From Actinomycetota bacterium (GTDB lineage Bacteria; Actinomycetota; CADDZG01; JAHWKV01), in the NCBI GenBank assembly GCA_046262935.1, contig JBHELT010000060.1, positions 12,911-76,910 of the forward strand: a DNA stretch of 64,000 bases. The letters are read 5' to 3'. Made by a program: the position numbers and the translations under genes. This document shows, piece after piece, positions 40,844-50,124 of the stretch (position 1 is its first letter; each line of letters opens with the position of its first letter). The notes below the pieces were generated by a model. It had not been told where the DNA came from. It worked only from the letters and a program-made list of their open reading frames with translations, and ran no database searches.

Positions 40844-42010
40844 ATGTTCCAAAGCAACTCGACGCGGATATTCGCTGCTATCGCCCTACTGGGCCTTTTA
40901 GTCGCGTCATTCCTTTTCGGATTTGGTGTTGGAAGGGATGCCCCCGCCTCGCATCTGGATGCGCACTTTGGCTTGCTCGATGAAGTTCGGGACGATATAT
41001 CCCGCTCCGCGCTCAAGGATCCCGACGAGCGTCGGTTGATCTCCGCTGCAGTCAAAGGGATGCTCACTGCTCTTGACGATCCATACGCCGCTTACCTCGA
41101 TCCGAAGGCATATGACACGTTCCAGAAAGATGTTGCAACCGGTCAATACTCGGGGGTTGGAGTTTGGTTGAAAGAAGACCCGAACAAGAAGATCAAAGTG
41201 GTTTCTGTCCTCGAGGACACCCCAGCAGCACGGGCAGGCATACAGAGCGAAGATGTTCTAAAGACCGTGGGAGGTCGTTCGGTCGATGGGTTAACGATCG
41301 AAGAAGTCGTACAGCGAATCCAAGGCAAACCCGGAACCACAGTCACGGTCACTGTGATCCGTGCCGGCGCGGCTCCTCAGGATTTCACCCTCACCAGAGA
41401 GCAGATCGATGTGCCGACCGTGCAATCGAAGATGGTAAACGGCAAGCAAGGTCTGATCCGGCTTATCTCGTTCTCAGCAAAAGCAGGTGAGAAAGTTCGC
41501 ACGGCCGTGAAGAGCTTGATGCAAAAGGGCGCCAAGGGTTTCATCCTCGATCTTCGCGGAAACCCAGGTGGATTGGTCTCGGAATCGGTTGCGGTTTCGA
41601 GCGTGTTCTTGGACGGCGGCAAAGTGGTGTCGTACCAGCAGCGCGGCCATCCACAGGTTACCTACAACACCGACCATGGCGCCGAGACCAAGTTTCCGTT
41701 AGTGGTATTGGTCGATGAAGGTTCGGCGAGTGCTTCCGAGATCGTGGCGGGCGCCGTACAAGATAGGGGCCGCGGGATCATCGTGGGGACCCAGACCTAC
41801 GGAAAGGGCTCGATCCAAGATGTGTTTTCCTTGTCCGATGGATCGGCCGTCAAGTTCACTATCGCTTCGTACTTCACGCCATCGGGCCGCTCTATCGGAG
41901 GAGTTGGGATAAGGCCCGATGTCACCGAGTCAGACAAGAACAACCAGCTGGCGAGTGCCGAGCGCGTTCTGACTGGGATCCTGGCGCAGTCTTCAGACGC
42001 GGCCGCTTGA
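40844..42010 (+). CDS. S41-family carboxyl-terminal processing protease (Ctp) with a PDZ domain
   Basis: Ser protease motif GFILDLRGNPGGLVSESV, Lys region LVVLVDEGSASASEIVAGA, and a PDZ segment. Confidence 0.85.
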   Translation: MFQSNSTRIFAAIALLGLLVASFLFGFGVGRDAPASHLDAHFGLLDEVRDDISRSALKDPDERRLISAAVKGMLTALDDPYAAYLDPKAYDTFQKDVATGQYSGVGVWLKEDPNKKIKVVSVLEDTPAARAGIQSEDVLKTVGGRSVDGLTIEEVVQRIQGKPGTTVTVTVIRAGAAPQDFTLTREQIDVPTVQSKMVNGKQGLIRLISFSAKAGEKVRTAVKSLMQKGAKGFILDLRGNPGGLVSESVAVSSVFLDGGKVVSYQQRGHPQVTYNTDHGAETKFPLVVLVDEGSASASEIVAGAVQDRGRGIIVGTQTYGKGSIQDVFSLSDGSAVKFTIASYFTPSGRSIGGVGIRPDVTESDKNNQLASAERVLTGILAQSSDAAA

Positions 42011-42021
42011 GGCCCTGAGCC

Positions 42022-42498
42022 GTGGCGAAGAAGAAGAAAGGCGCATCCGAAGCTGGGGTTGCGGCCTCAAACCCAAAGGCTCGCCATAACTACACGATCT
42101 TGGATTCGATGGAAGCCGGGATAGTTCTGACAGGAAGCGAAGTCAAGTCCTTGAGACAAGGAAGAGCCTCGCTGCGTGAAGCATTCGGCGTTATCCAAGA
42201 CGGTGAGGTCTATCTGATCGGGATGCATATCCCCCCGTACGCTCAGGCGGGATACGCGCAGCACGAACCAACGCGCAAACGCAAACTGCTGCTTCGCAAA
42301 GAAGAGATCGAGCGACTGATGGGCAAAACTGCGGAGCGCGGACTCACGTTGGTGCCGATGAAGTGTTACTTCAAACATGGTCTGGCCAAGATCGAACTCG
42401 GTTTGGCGAAGGGAAAACGTTTGTACGACAAGCGCGAGGACCTGAAAGCCAAAGACGCCAAGATGCAGGTCGACCGAGCGATGGGCCGACGCCGATGA
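42022..42498 (+). CDS. smpB: SsrA-binding protein SmpB
   Basis: [29 protein letters not shown]...GMHIPPY...[11 protein letters not shown] is the canonical SmpB pattern. Confidence 0.9.
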   Translation: [158 protein letters not shown]

Positions 42499-42566
42499 GG
42501 TGTTGTCGCTAAGGGCAGTTACACTGTTTGTATTGACAACTGAATAGATCACTCAGTTTTCACTGA

Positions 42567-42917
42567 GGGGGCGATTGGTTTCGAGGCCGGTTGTTTCGTC
42601 TGGTGGAAGCGGGCCGGGGACCAGGGCCTCGTTATCAACTTGGAAAAATAAACTGAAACGTCGCAGCCTAATGCGAGTTCCCGCCTAGAAAAGGCGGGCG
42701 TTCTGTCCGGAAGTGCCTGCGGTTCGGAACAGGGCGTCATGCAGCAGGCTTACCTAGGGCTCCTCCGGTTGTCAGGGGTGTCTAGGGAAATCTAAGCCGA
42801 CCTGGGAATGGCGAGCAAGCTTGCGGCGATCGCCTTCCGAGACTAAAAGACAAGCTACGCCCGTAGATGCCCCAGAAGAAAGCCAGGTCGACCCGGGTTC
42901 GATTCCCGGCGCCTCCA
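42567..42917 (+). ncRNA. ssrA: Transfer-messenger RNA (tmRNA, ssrA), one-piece
   Basis: Directly downstream of smpB. 5' end GGGGGCGATTGGTTTCGAGG (tRNA-like acceptor and D-analogue). 3' end GACCCGGGTTCGATTCCCGGCGCCTCCA (T-arm and acceptor; the 7-bp acceptor pairs with the 5' GGGGGCG). Internal resume context ACGUC|GCA GCC UAA followed by hairpin CCCGCC-TAGAAAAG-GCGGG. Confidence 0.8.
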
Positions 42918-42995
42918 CTCGGTCCAAAGACGGTCTCTCTTTTTGTAGCTAGTTATGCGGGGTTTATCGTATCTTGATAAGGTCTTCATACTTAG

Positions 42996-44192
42996 CTACA
43001 CTTCGGCCTGGATCCCATTCGAAATCCGTACTCGCCCGGGGCCGGATCAAGGCCCCCAGTATTAACTGGCCGAGACGATCAACTCGAAACCTTTCGGATC
43101 CTCCTCCAGCGCCTCCGTCTCGGGCGCCCCGAGAAGAGCATGATAATTACGGGCCTGAGGGGGGTCGGAAAGACTGTCCTGCTGAACACATTTGAAAACA
43201 TCGCAGAAGAGGCGGAATTTCGCACAGCCAAGACCGAAATTACGCACGAGACTGATTTCAAGCCGATGATTGCCCGAATGGTGCGGCGGGCTCTGCTCTC
43301 CTTAAGCCCAATGGAGAGATTCAAAGAACGAGCCCTCCGAGCGGCCGGAATACTTAAAGCCTTCACGCTAAGACTTCCAGACGGTGTTGAAATCGGTTTG
43401 GACGTGGAAGCCGTAAGAGGTCAGGCGGATATTCGGGTAGTTTGGGTGAGGATCTCTCAGATCTTTTGGTGGCGCTCGGTCACGCCGCCGCGGAACAAGA
43501 AACCGGGATCGCCTTTCTCATCGATGAAATTCAGTTCCTAGGCCGAAACGAGCTTGAGGCGTTGATAGCCGCCTTACATCAGGTGGCCCAGCGATCCCTT
43601 CCTCTGACACTAGTTGGAGCTGGCTTGCCACAGCTACCGGCTCTCGCCGGAGCCCCGAAGTCCTACGCTGAGCGCCTATTCGATTTCCCGATGATCGGTC
43701 AGCTGGATCAGGAGGCCGCTCGTCAGGCTCTAGAATTGCCAGCCGATGATGAGGGCGCGAGTTTCGAACCCGAAGGGACTGGCCACATCTTGGAATACAC
43801 CGAGGGGTATCCATACTTTCTTCAGGAATACGGAAAGCATGTTTGGAACTTGGCGGAAGGCACTTCGATAACGCTCCAAGACGCCATTGAGGCGCAGCCT
43901 CTCGTCGAAACACAACTGGACGAAAACTTCTTTCGCGTTCGCGTCGCGAGGGTCACGCACGCCGAACTCAGATATCTCGCCGCAATGGCTGACCTCGGAA
44001 CGGGGCCCTATAGGTGGAGAAATCGCTGCTGGGCTAGGCCGCGCGGGGCCCGAGAATGTGGCCCCGACTAGAGCACGACTAATTGAGAAGGGTCTGATTT
44101 ACAGTCCGTCGCACGGCCTTAACGAGTTCACCGTTCCTCAATTCGACAAGTTCATGAGGCGAACAAATCCATTAGATTCGCTCGACGAATAG
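42996..44192 (+). pseudogene. Frameshifted AAA-family ATPase (archaeal-ATPase/ORC-like fold), an island remnant next to tmRNA
   Basis: Frame opens right after an AT-rich stretch 3' of tmRNA with no start codon: NPYSPGAGSRPPVLTGRDDQLETFRILL...MIITGLRGVGKTVLL (Walker A). It continues in another frame (GIAFLIDEIQFLG, Walker B) and a third frame (RLIEKGLIYSPSHGLNEFTVPQF, winged helix). At least two frameshifts. Confidence 0.65.
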
Positions 44193-44282
44193 AGCGAGAG
44201 GGACAGTCCTTCCACCGGTTTCCGATCGAGCTGAAGCGTCCGAAGACATACCAGGGACTTGTGCCCACCCACATCGCGGGTT

Positions 44283-45089
44283 TTAGGGATCGCTTGCTAG
44301 CGCAAGTCGCCGCCGGTCGCGCACCAGGATGCCGCCGCGAACCAGCGCGTCAATTAGGTTCGACGGCCGATGAGTGAAGGGGCGCAAGATGTCGGCAACT
44401 TCGTCACGGGTGTACCTCGTGCCATTCGTGAATGCCTCACCTATCGCAACCAGCATCTGAGTTGCACGCTCCTGGTCTGTCGGAGTCTTGCCGAGACGCC
44501 CCAAGGTCAGCAGTTCGTTCTCAGTGAAAGAGCTCTCGCCAAGATCGCCGGTTGGCAGATCCTTCAGCAACTTGAGGTCGGCCAAGATGACATCGACTTT
44601 CTCGCCCGCTGCGATGGCATTTGTTACACGACTCGTCGCCTGCCGGGTTGCATGGGGCCCCCCATCCGCGCGGCGGGCCAGAAGTGAATTCACTAATAAC
44701 GCCCTTGCCTTCATGGGGATCTGGCGCAACACAGCCACGCGATCGTGGGTTGCGCGAAGTTGCATCCGAGATTCGTGATCGAACACCGAAGCCGCGCCCG
44801 TCTGAAAACGGATGCTCAACATGAACCGGCGGACCTCGGCGTGTGCATCGTTATCGGGGAGCAGCACCTTGGCCAGTCGCAAAGCATCTTCTTTATCGCA
44901 CGACCGCCAGGCCTCGGCGACAAGAAGACAAGGGATCGGGCGCCCGCCAAGACCGACAAGGGCCTTCTCGGAATCAACATCATGATCGTGCACGATCACC
45001 GAACCACCATCGCTACTTAGCCGATGCTCAGAACCATCGCAATCGATGATGAAGTCCACGGTCGTCAAAGAGTTGAGGCCGTGAGCCAT
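44283..45089 (-). CDS. Hypothetical conserved protein (268 aa from the internal ATG; the longer ORF would overlap the upstream kinase gene)
   Basis: MAHGLNSLTTVDFIIDCDGSEHRL... No confidently recognised domain. Confidence 0.45.
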   Translation of the reverse strand: MAHGLNSLTTVDFIIDCDGSEHRLSSDGGSVIVHDHDVDSEKALVGLGGRPIPCLLVAEAWRSCDKEDALRLAKVLLPDNDAHAEVRRFMLSIRFQTGAASVFDHESRMQLRATHDRVAVLRQIPMKARALLVNSLLARRADGGPHATRQATSRVTNAIAAGEKVDVILADLKLLKDLPTGDLGESSFTENELLTLGRLGKTPTDQERATQMLVAIGEAFTNGTRYTRDEVADILRPFTHRPSNLIDALVRGGILVRDRRRLALASDP

Positions 45090-46537
45090 TCTTTCTCTTG
45101 TTCGCCCAGCGGAGTTGACGGTCCCCGTTCGCCGTAGAACTCGAGCGTCATCCGATGCCAGTTGCCGGTTGCGTCGAGCTGGGCCAGCACAGCGAACAGG
45201 CCGAGTTCGAGCCGGAATTGCAAGATGGCCCAGCGCGGAAGGTTCAGTCGTCTCAGGAAATCCCACCACTCGTTGCGAACGTCGAGCATCGCCGCTGTGC
45301 GCTCAGCGATGAACGCTCGTGTAAATGTGTATTCCTCGTCCTCAACTAGAGGAGCGAGCGAGAACCTGACCCAGTTGTAGAACCTGATCGGGCTGGTCTT
45401 TTCCGGATTGCTTACGTATCGCAATGCCTTTCCATGCTCGAAGAAGCTCTCAACGTCGCGTTCGCATAATGCCAAGAAGGCTTTGCGCAAGCCCTCCCTA
45501 ACGTCGTCGGTCAATTCGCAGACGAGACCGAAGTCGTAGCAGGCGACGCGACCATCGTCCATAAGCAGGTAGTTGCCGGGATGCGGGTCGGCACTCGTGA
45601 AGCCGTAGCGGTGTAGAGAGCCGTAATAGAAGCGGAATAGTTTCTCACCGAAGGCGTCGCGCTTGGCGCGATCCATCTTCTTGACTTCGTCGAACGTCGC
45701 ACCCGTAGCCCGCTCCATCGTCAATATCTTCGAGGTGGATCGGTCCGGTATAGAGCGCGGCACCCAGACGAACGGATGGTCTTGGTAGTGATCGGCGAGA
45801 AGGTTGAGGTTCTTGGCTTCGGACACGTAGTTGCATTCTTCGAGCACTCTGGCCCTTATCTCTTCTAAGGCATCATCTGCATCGAGACCGGGTGCGAGCA
45901 AAGGCATCAGGGGCTTAACGGCGGCAGTCATCGCCAGGTCGGACTTGATCGCCGATGCGATACCTGGGTACTGGACCTTGACCGCGACCTCGCGCCCGTC
46001 ATGCAGAACGGCGTGATGGACCTGCCCAAGGCTGGCAGCCGCGGCTGGTACCACCTCGAAGCTCGCGAACAGATCTTCGGGCTCGGCATCGAACTCGCGT
46101 ACGAAAACCTGTTTCACCAGTTTGGGCTCCATCGCAGGCGCTGCGTCGCGAAGTGAAGCTAGCGTTTGTTGATACATGTCGCGGGTTTCGGGCGGAAGTA
46201 CGCCTGCATCGATGAATGAGGCCAGTTGTCCGACCTTCATCGAGGCCCCCTTGAGCCGTCCGAGGGTTTCGACCAGATCCTGTGCGGACTTGGAGTGCAG
46301 CTCCGAAAACAGTCGCGCCGCTGTTTCTTTGTTCCCGAGCAAACTTCGTGGTGCGGTTATGGCGAAACGCATAGAGCCTTTAAGAGATGTGGCCGCGAGC
46401 CTGCCCGCTCGACCGACGAAACTCTGAGGAACCGCGCTTTGCGAACGTTTCGTCTTGTCGGACCGATCGCTCTTTTGAGGCTTGTCGGTCTTCGACGACG
46501 TTGTTTCGTTGGGCTTGGGATCGGAGTCTTGGGGCAT
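45065..46537 (-). CDS. ABC1/UbiB-family atypical protein kinase
   Basis: ABC1 motifs ASLGQVHHAVLHDGREVAVKVQYPG, LLADHYQDHPFVWVPRS, FTSADPHPGNYLLMDDGRVACYDFG. Start trimmed to the ATG at 46537, which shares CATG with the selD ATG on the other strand. Confidence 0.75.
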   Translation of the reverse strand: MPQDSDPKPNETTSSKTDKPQKSDRSDKTKRSQSAVPQSFVGRAGRLAATSLKGSMRFAITAPRSLLGNKETAARLFSELHSKSAQDLVETLGRLKGASMKVGQLASFIDAGVLPPETRDMYQQTLASLRDAAPAMEPKLVKQVFVREFDAEPEDLFASFEVVPAAAASLGQVHHAVLHDGREVAVKVQYPGIASAIKSDLAMTAAVKPLMPLLAPGLDADDALEEIRARVLEECNYVSEAKNLNLLADHYQDHPFVWVPRSIPDRSTSKILTMERATGATFDEVKKMDRAKRDAFGEKLFRFYYGSLHRYGFTSADPHPGNYLLMDDGRVACYDFGLVCELTDDVREGLRKAFLALCERDVESFFEHGKALRYVSNPEKTSPIRFYNWVRFSLAPLVEDEEYTFTRAFIAERTAAMLDVRNEWWDFLRRLNLPRWAILQFRLELGLFAVLAQLDATGNWHRMTLEFYGERGPSTPLGEQEKEWLTASTL

Positions 46538-46559
46538 GAGAAGCCTTAGGGTACCAAGT

Positions 46560-47633
46560 GTGGACATAGAAGCGATAAAGCTGACCCGCTTCTCGCACGG
46601 CGCCGGCTGAGCTTGCAAGCTCGGCCCGTCCGAATTGGCGCAGGTCTTGCGTCATCTGCAGCAACAGGGGAGTGGTGATCCGAACCTCCTCCTCGGTCTC
46701 GACGCGCCCGACGATGCCGCGATCTATCGCATATCCGGCGATGTCGCTTTGGTTCAGACCGTTGATTTCTTCACTCCTGTGGTCGACGATGCTTACACGT
46801 GGGGAGCTATAGCGGCGACCAACGCTTTGAGCGATGTCTACGCGATGGGCGCCGAACCAGCCACAGCACTGAACCTTGTCGCGTGGCCGATGGACCTTGA
46901 CCTTGCGGTGCTCGCCCAAGTGCTGAGGGGCGGGGCAGACAAATGCGAGGAGGCTGGGGTTTCGATCATCGGCGGACACACGGTCGACGACAAAGAGCCC
47001 AAGTACGGATTGGCTGTTACGGGTTTCGTGAAGCCCGATGATGCGATAAGGCTCTCGACCGCCAAGCCTGGGATGGATTTGGTGCTCACCAAGCCGATAG
47101 GCACCGGGATCATCTCGACCGCGATCAAACGCTCAGCGATCGACGATGATGCGACCGCGTCGGCGGTTGCTTCGATGCAAGCTCTCAATCGTCCTGCCGC
47201 TCTTGCTATGCGTGAGATCGGATACGGCCCCCACGCGGTGGGGGCCGCCACCGACGTAACGGGCTACGGATTGATGGGGCACCTTCAAAACATGGTGTCG
47301 GCCAGCGGAGTGGGGGCCGAGATCTACTTCGATCGGGTCCCCATGTTCGAAGGGGTCCGCGATCTTGCCGCGAAAGGGATGGTCCCCGGCGGAACACGTC
47401 GCAACTTCGACTTCTTCTCTGACTCGGTTGAAGTCATCGATGAGTTAGACCGAGATCTCGAGTTGTGCTTGTACGACGCGCAAACGTCCGGAGGTATGTT
47501 GATCGCTGTAGATAGCGCGCTGACTTCATCTTTGATCGAATCGTTGTTGGCGAAACATGCGGTGTGCGCTGTTCACATCGGAGTTATCACGGGATCGGAG
47601 CAGATGCCAATCAGATTGCGACGGGCCGTATGA
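46560..47633 (+). CDS. selD: Selenide, water dikinase (selenophosphate synthetase) with in-frame TGA at 46608..46610, read as selenocysteine
   Basis: The annotated ORF (46635..) lacks the N-terminal loop. The upstream frame gives VDIEAIKLTRFSHGAG-[TGA]-ACKLGPSELAQVLRHL, aligning with E. coli SelD [25 protein letters not shown] and placing TGA at catalytic Cys17. The rest of the protein matches SelD throughout (DPNLL, AATN, GGHT, TDVTGYGLMGHL). Alternative ATG at 46536. Confidence 0.8.
46636..46654 (+). promoter_or_regulatory. Candidate bacterial SECIS hairpin 25 nt downstream of the selD UGA
   Basis: UG-GCGCA / GGUCU loop / UGCGU-CA. Apical loop contains GGUC as in the E. coli fdhF SECIS. 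Spacing of +32 to +36 from the UGA is in the expected range. Confidence 0.45.
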
Positions 47634-48061
47634 GGCGAGCATCGATCTCGATATCAAAAGACGTGTTCGATGCCATGATCGAACACTGCAAGGAAGGTCT
47701 GCCCAATGAGGCTTGCGGTTTTCTTGCGGGCAAAGACGGTCATGCAGATCGCATCTATCCGTTGATCAACCAGGCGGCGTCGCCAGTCTTCTACAAGCCC
47801 GACGGCAAGCAGATGATCGCGGCCATGAACGACATCGATGACACAGGCAGCGATCTGATCGCGATCTTTCACTCCCATGTTGCGAGTGCACCTTTGCCTT
47901 CGCCAACCGATGTTCGTGAGGCGCACTATCCCGATGCCGTTTACCTGATCGTTTCATTGAAAGACCTGGGATCGATCGAAGCCAAAGGGTTCTTCATCGA
48001 AAAGAAGGACTGGCGCGATGCCGAGGGCGAAGTATTAGAAGTTGCCCTGGTGATATCTTGA
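47630..48061 (+). CDS. mec: JAMM/MPN+ metalloprotease Mec (CysO deconjugase-type)
   Basis: JAMM motif EACGFLAG...IFHSHVASAPLPSPTD. ATG overlaps the selD stop (ATGA). Followed by cysO-cysM as in mycobacteria. Confidence 0.8.
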   Translation: MRRASISISKDVFDAMIEHCKEGLPNEACGFLAGKDGHADRIYPLINQAASPVFYKPDGKQMIAAMNDIDDTGSDLIAIFHSHVASAPLPSPTDVREAHYPDAVYLIVSLKDLGSIEAKGFFIEKKDWRDAEGEVLEVALVIS

Positions 48062-48065
48062 GTTC

Positions 48066-48365
48066 ATGCCCATAGAAGTGAAGATACCGGCGGTTCTTCG
48101 CCCTCATGTCGACGGAGAGCGCACCATCGAGGCCGCACCTGGAACGTTGCGCGACATCCTTGGGGGCCTTGCGGGCAAGTATCCAGCCCTCGCTTCGCAG
48201 TTCTTTGAAGAAACTGGGGACCTTCACCGGTTCGTTAACGTCTACCTGAATGACGAAGATGTGCGGTATATAGATGGTTTAGAGACGAAGGTGGCCGACG
48301 GTGATGTCCTGTCGATACTTCCGGCCGTCGCAGGCGGCGCGTTAGGCGAGACAGAGCCGAGTTAG
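48066..48365 (+). CDS. cysO: MoaD/ThiS-family sulfur carrier protein CysO (ends in GG)
   Basis: 99 aa. Beta-grasp protein ending ...LPAVAGG. Located between mec and cysM. Confidence 0.75.
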   Translation: MPIEVKIPAVLRPHVDGERTIEAAPGTLRDILGGLAGKYPALASQFFEETGDLHRFVNVYLNDEDVRYIDGLETKVADGDVLSILPAVAGGALGETEPS

Positions 48366-48367
48366 GG

Positions 48368-49300
48368 TTGCGTTTCGACGATGTAGTTGGCCTTGTTGGC
48401 GAGACTCCACTGGTTGGCATTCAAAGCTTAAGTCCCAAGCTAACTGTTCGGTTGTGGGCCAAACTCGAGGGTCAGAACCCAACCGGTTCGGTCAAGGACC
48501 GTATAGCCAAAGCGATGATCGAGGACGCCGAGGATGCAGGCCTTTTGACCGAGGACAAAGTTCTGCTCGAGCCGACCTCGGGTAACACAGGCATCTCCTT
48601 AGCCTTCTTCGCTAAGCGGAAGGGCTATCGCATCGTCTGCGTGATGCCCGAGACCGCGTCGACCGAGAGGGCTCAACTGATCGAATTGTTTGGCGGCGAG
48701 ATCGTGTTTTCGCCCGGGGACCGTGGTTCCAACGGTGCCATCGACCTTGCCAGACAGATGGCCGCTAGCGACTCGAAGTACCTGATGCTTTATCAATACG
48801 GCAACGCTGCGAACCCTGCGGCCCACGAGGCAGCGACTGGTCCCGAGATACTGAAAGACCTACCGAACATCAGTCATTTCGTCGCCGGCCTTGGAACAGG
48901 CGGCACCCTGACCGGTGTGGGTCGCTTCCTCAAGCAGACCAAACCTGGCGTGCGCATAGTTGCTGCCGAGCCGCAACAGGGGGACCTGGTTTACGGCTTG
49001 AGGTCGCTCGACGACGGTTTCATCCCTCCGGTCTTCGATGCGTCCGTCTTGGATTCGAAGATCAAGGTTGACGCCGCAAACTCGGTGACCTGGACCAAGG
49101 CGTTGGCATCGCAAGAGGGGATATTCGCAGGCATCTCAGCAGGGGCTACTGTTCACGCAGCGCGAAAGATCGCCGAACGGATCGACGAAGGCGACATCGT
49201 CTGTCTGTTCGCCGATGGAGGCTGGAAGTACCTTTCCACCGAGATCTGGTCGAAGCAGATCGACGAGGCCGCGAAGTCGGTGGAGTACATGCCGTGGTGA
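48368..49300 (+). CDS. cysM: Cysteine synthase (CysM-type O-phosphoserine sulfhydrylase)
   Basis: PLP lysine motif NPTGSVKDRIA and glycine loop GLGTGGTLTG. TTG start. Confidence 0.85.
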   Translation: MRFDDVVGLVGETPLVGIQSLSPKLTVRLWAKLEGQNPTGSVKDRIAKAMIEDAEDAGLLTEDKVLLEPTSGNTGISLAFFAKRKGYRIVCVMPETASTERAQLIELFGGEIVFSPGDRGSNGAIDLARQMAASDSKYLMLYQYGNAANPAAHEAATGPEILKDLPNISHFVAGLGTGGTLTGVGRFLKQTKPGVRIVAAEPQQGDLVYGLRSLDDGFIPPVFDASVLDSKIKVDAANSVTWTKALASQEGIFAGISAGATVHAARKIAERIDEGDIVCLFADGGWKYLSTEIWSKQIDEAAKSVEYMPW

Positions 49301-50097
49301 GTCCAAACGATCGTCCGATCGCGATATTCGACTCGGGGGTTGGAGGTCTGACTGTTCTTCGATCGATAGAAGAGTTGCTGCCCCAGGAGAACCTCATCTA
49401 CTTCGGCGATACAGCACGTTTTCCTTACGGTCCCCGTTCGGTGGAAGAGGTGAAGCGTTTCGCCTTCCAGATCATGGACGCAATGGTTGAGCGTGACGTG
49501 AAGATGATGGTCATCGCCTGCAACTCGATGACAGCCGCAGCCTTCGATGACGCCAAAGACAGTTATTCGGTCCCCGTGGTTGGCGTGATCGAACCTGCAG
49601 TAAGGGCCGCGGTGCGCGCTACGCACAACCGCAAGATCGGGGTGCTTGGGACCAAGGCGACCATCTCCACCGGCCAATACGACCGAGCGTTGAAGTTGAC
49701 ACGGCGAAACGTCGAGATCCACTCTCAGATCTGCGAGCGATTCGTAGAGCACGTCGAGGCCGGTGATACGTTCTCGGAAGAATTGTTCCGTTTGGCAGAG
49801 GAGTACGTGCAACCACTGCTGGCTTCGGGCGTTGACACATTGATCCTGGGTTGCACTCATTACCCGATGCTGCGTGGCGTCCTTCATTCGGTAACCAACG
49901 GTGAGGTGGAACTGATCTCGTCGGCCGAAGAGGTGGCTAAGGACGTGTATGCCTTACTGGTCGAACGAGGCCTTCTGCGCCGGGCTCGTGAGGTTGGGAC
50001 GCGGCGTTTCCTGGTTTCAGGTGACCCGAACCAGTTCAAGGTTGTAGGCTCTCGGTTCTTGGCGGGCCTCGACCTGGTCGAGCCGATGCCGTGGTGA
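49294..50097 (+). CDS. murI: Glutamate racemase
   Basis: IAIFDSGVGGLTV and VIACNSMTAA, with a second Cys motif GCTHYP. GTG start overlapping the cysM end. Confidence 0.9.
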   Translation: MVSPNDRPIAIFDSGVGGLTVLRSIEELLPQENLIYFGDTARFPYGPRSVEEVKRFAFQIMDAMVERDVKMMVIACNSMTAAAFDDAKDSYSVPVVGVIEPAVRAAVRATHNRKIGVLGTKATISTGQYDRALKLTRRNVEIHSQICERFVEHVEAGDTFSEELFRLAEEYVQPLLASGVDTLILGCTHYPMLRGVLHSVTNGEVELISSAEEVAKDVYALLVERGLLRRAREVGTRRFLVSGDPNQFKVVGSRFLAGLDLVEPMPW

Positions 50098-50124
50098 GGT
50101 AAGAGCAGTAGGGGGGATGAAACG

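Noticed and set aside
42533-42566. Possible sigma70-type promoter for ssrA (TTGACA at 42533..42538)
   Set aside because: No acceptable -10 hexamer at 16 to 19 bp spacing, and actinobacterial promoters rarely show a consensus -35, so it is not reported as a feature.
42918-44300. Intact integrative element at ssrA
   Set aside because: No integrase, excisionase or second att repeat is visible in the window, only a decayed ATPase gene, so it is called a remnant rather than a mobile element.
44283-45269. Long form of ORF 44283..45269 with an Arg-rich N-terminus
   Set aside because: The first 60 codons overlap the upstream ABC1-kinase gene and look like overlap artefact. The gene is called from the internal ATG at 45089.
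49288-50098. 13-nt identical string ATGCCGTGGTGAG at the 3' ends of cysM and murI (both proteins end ...MPW*)
   Set aside because: Too short to call a repeat element, and no flanking similarity. Noted as a curiosity, most likely coincidence.
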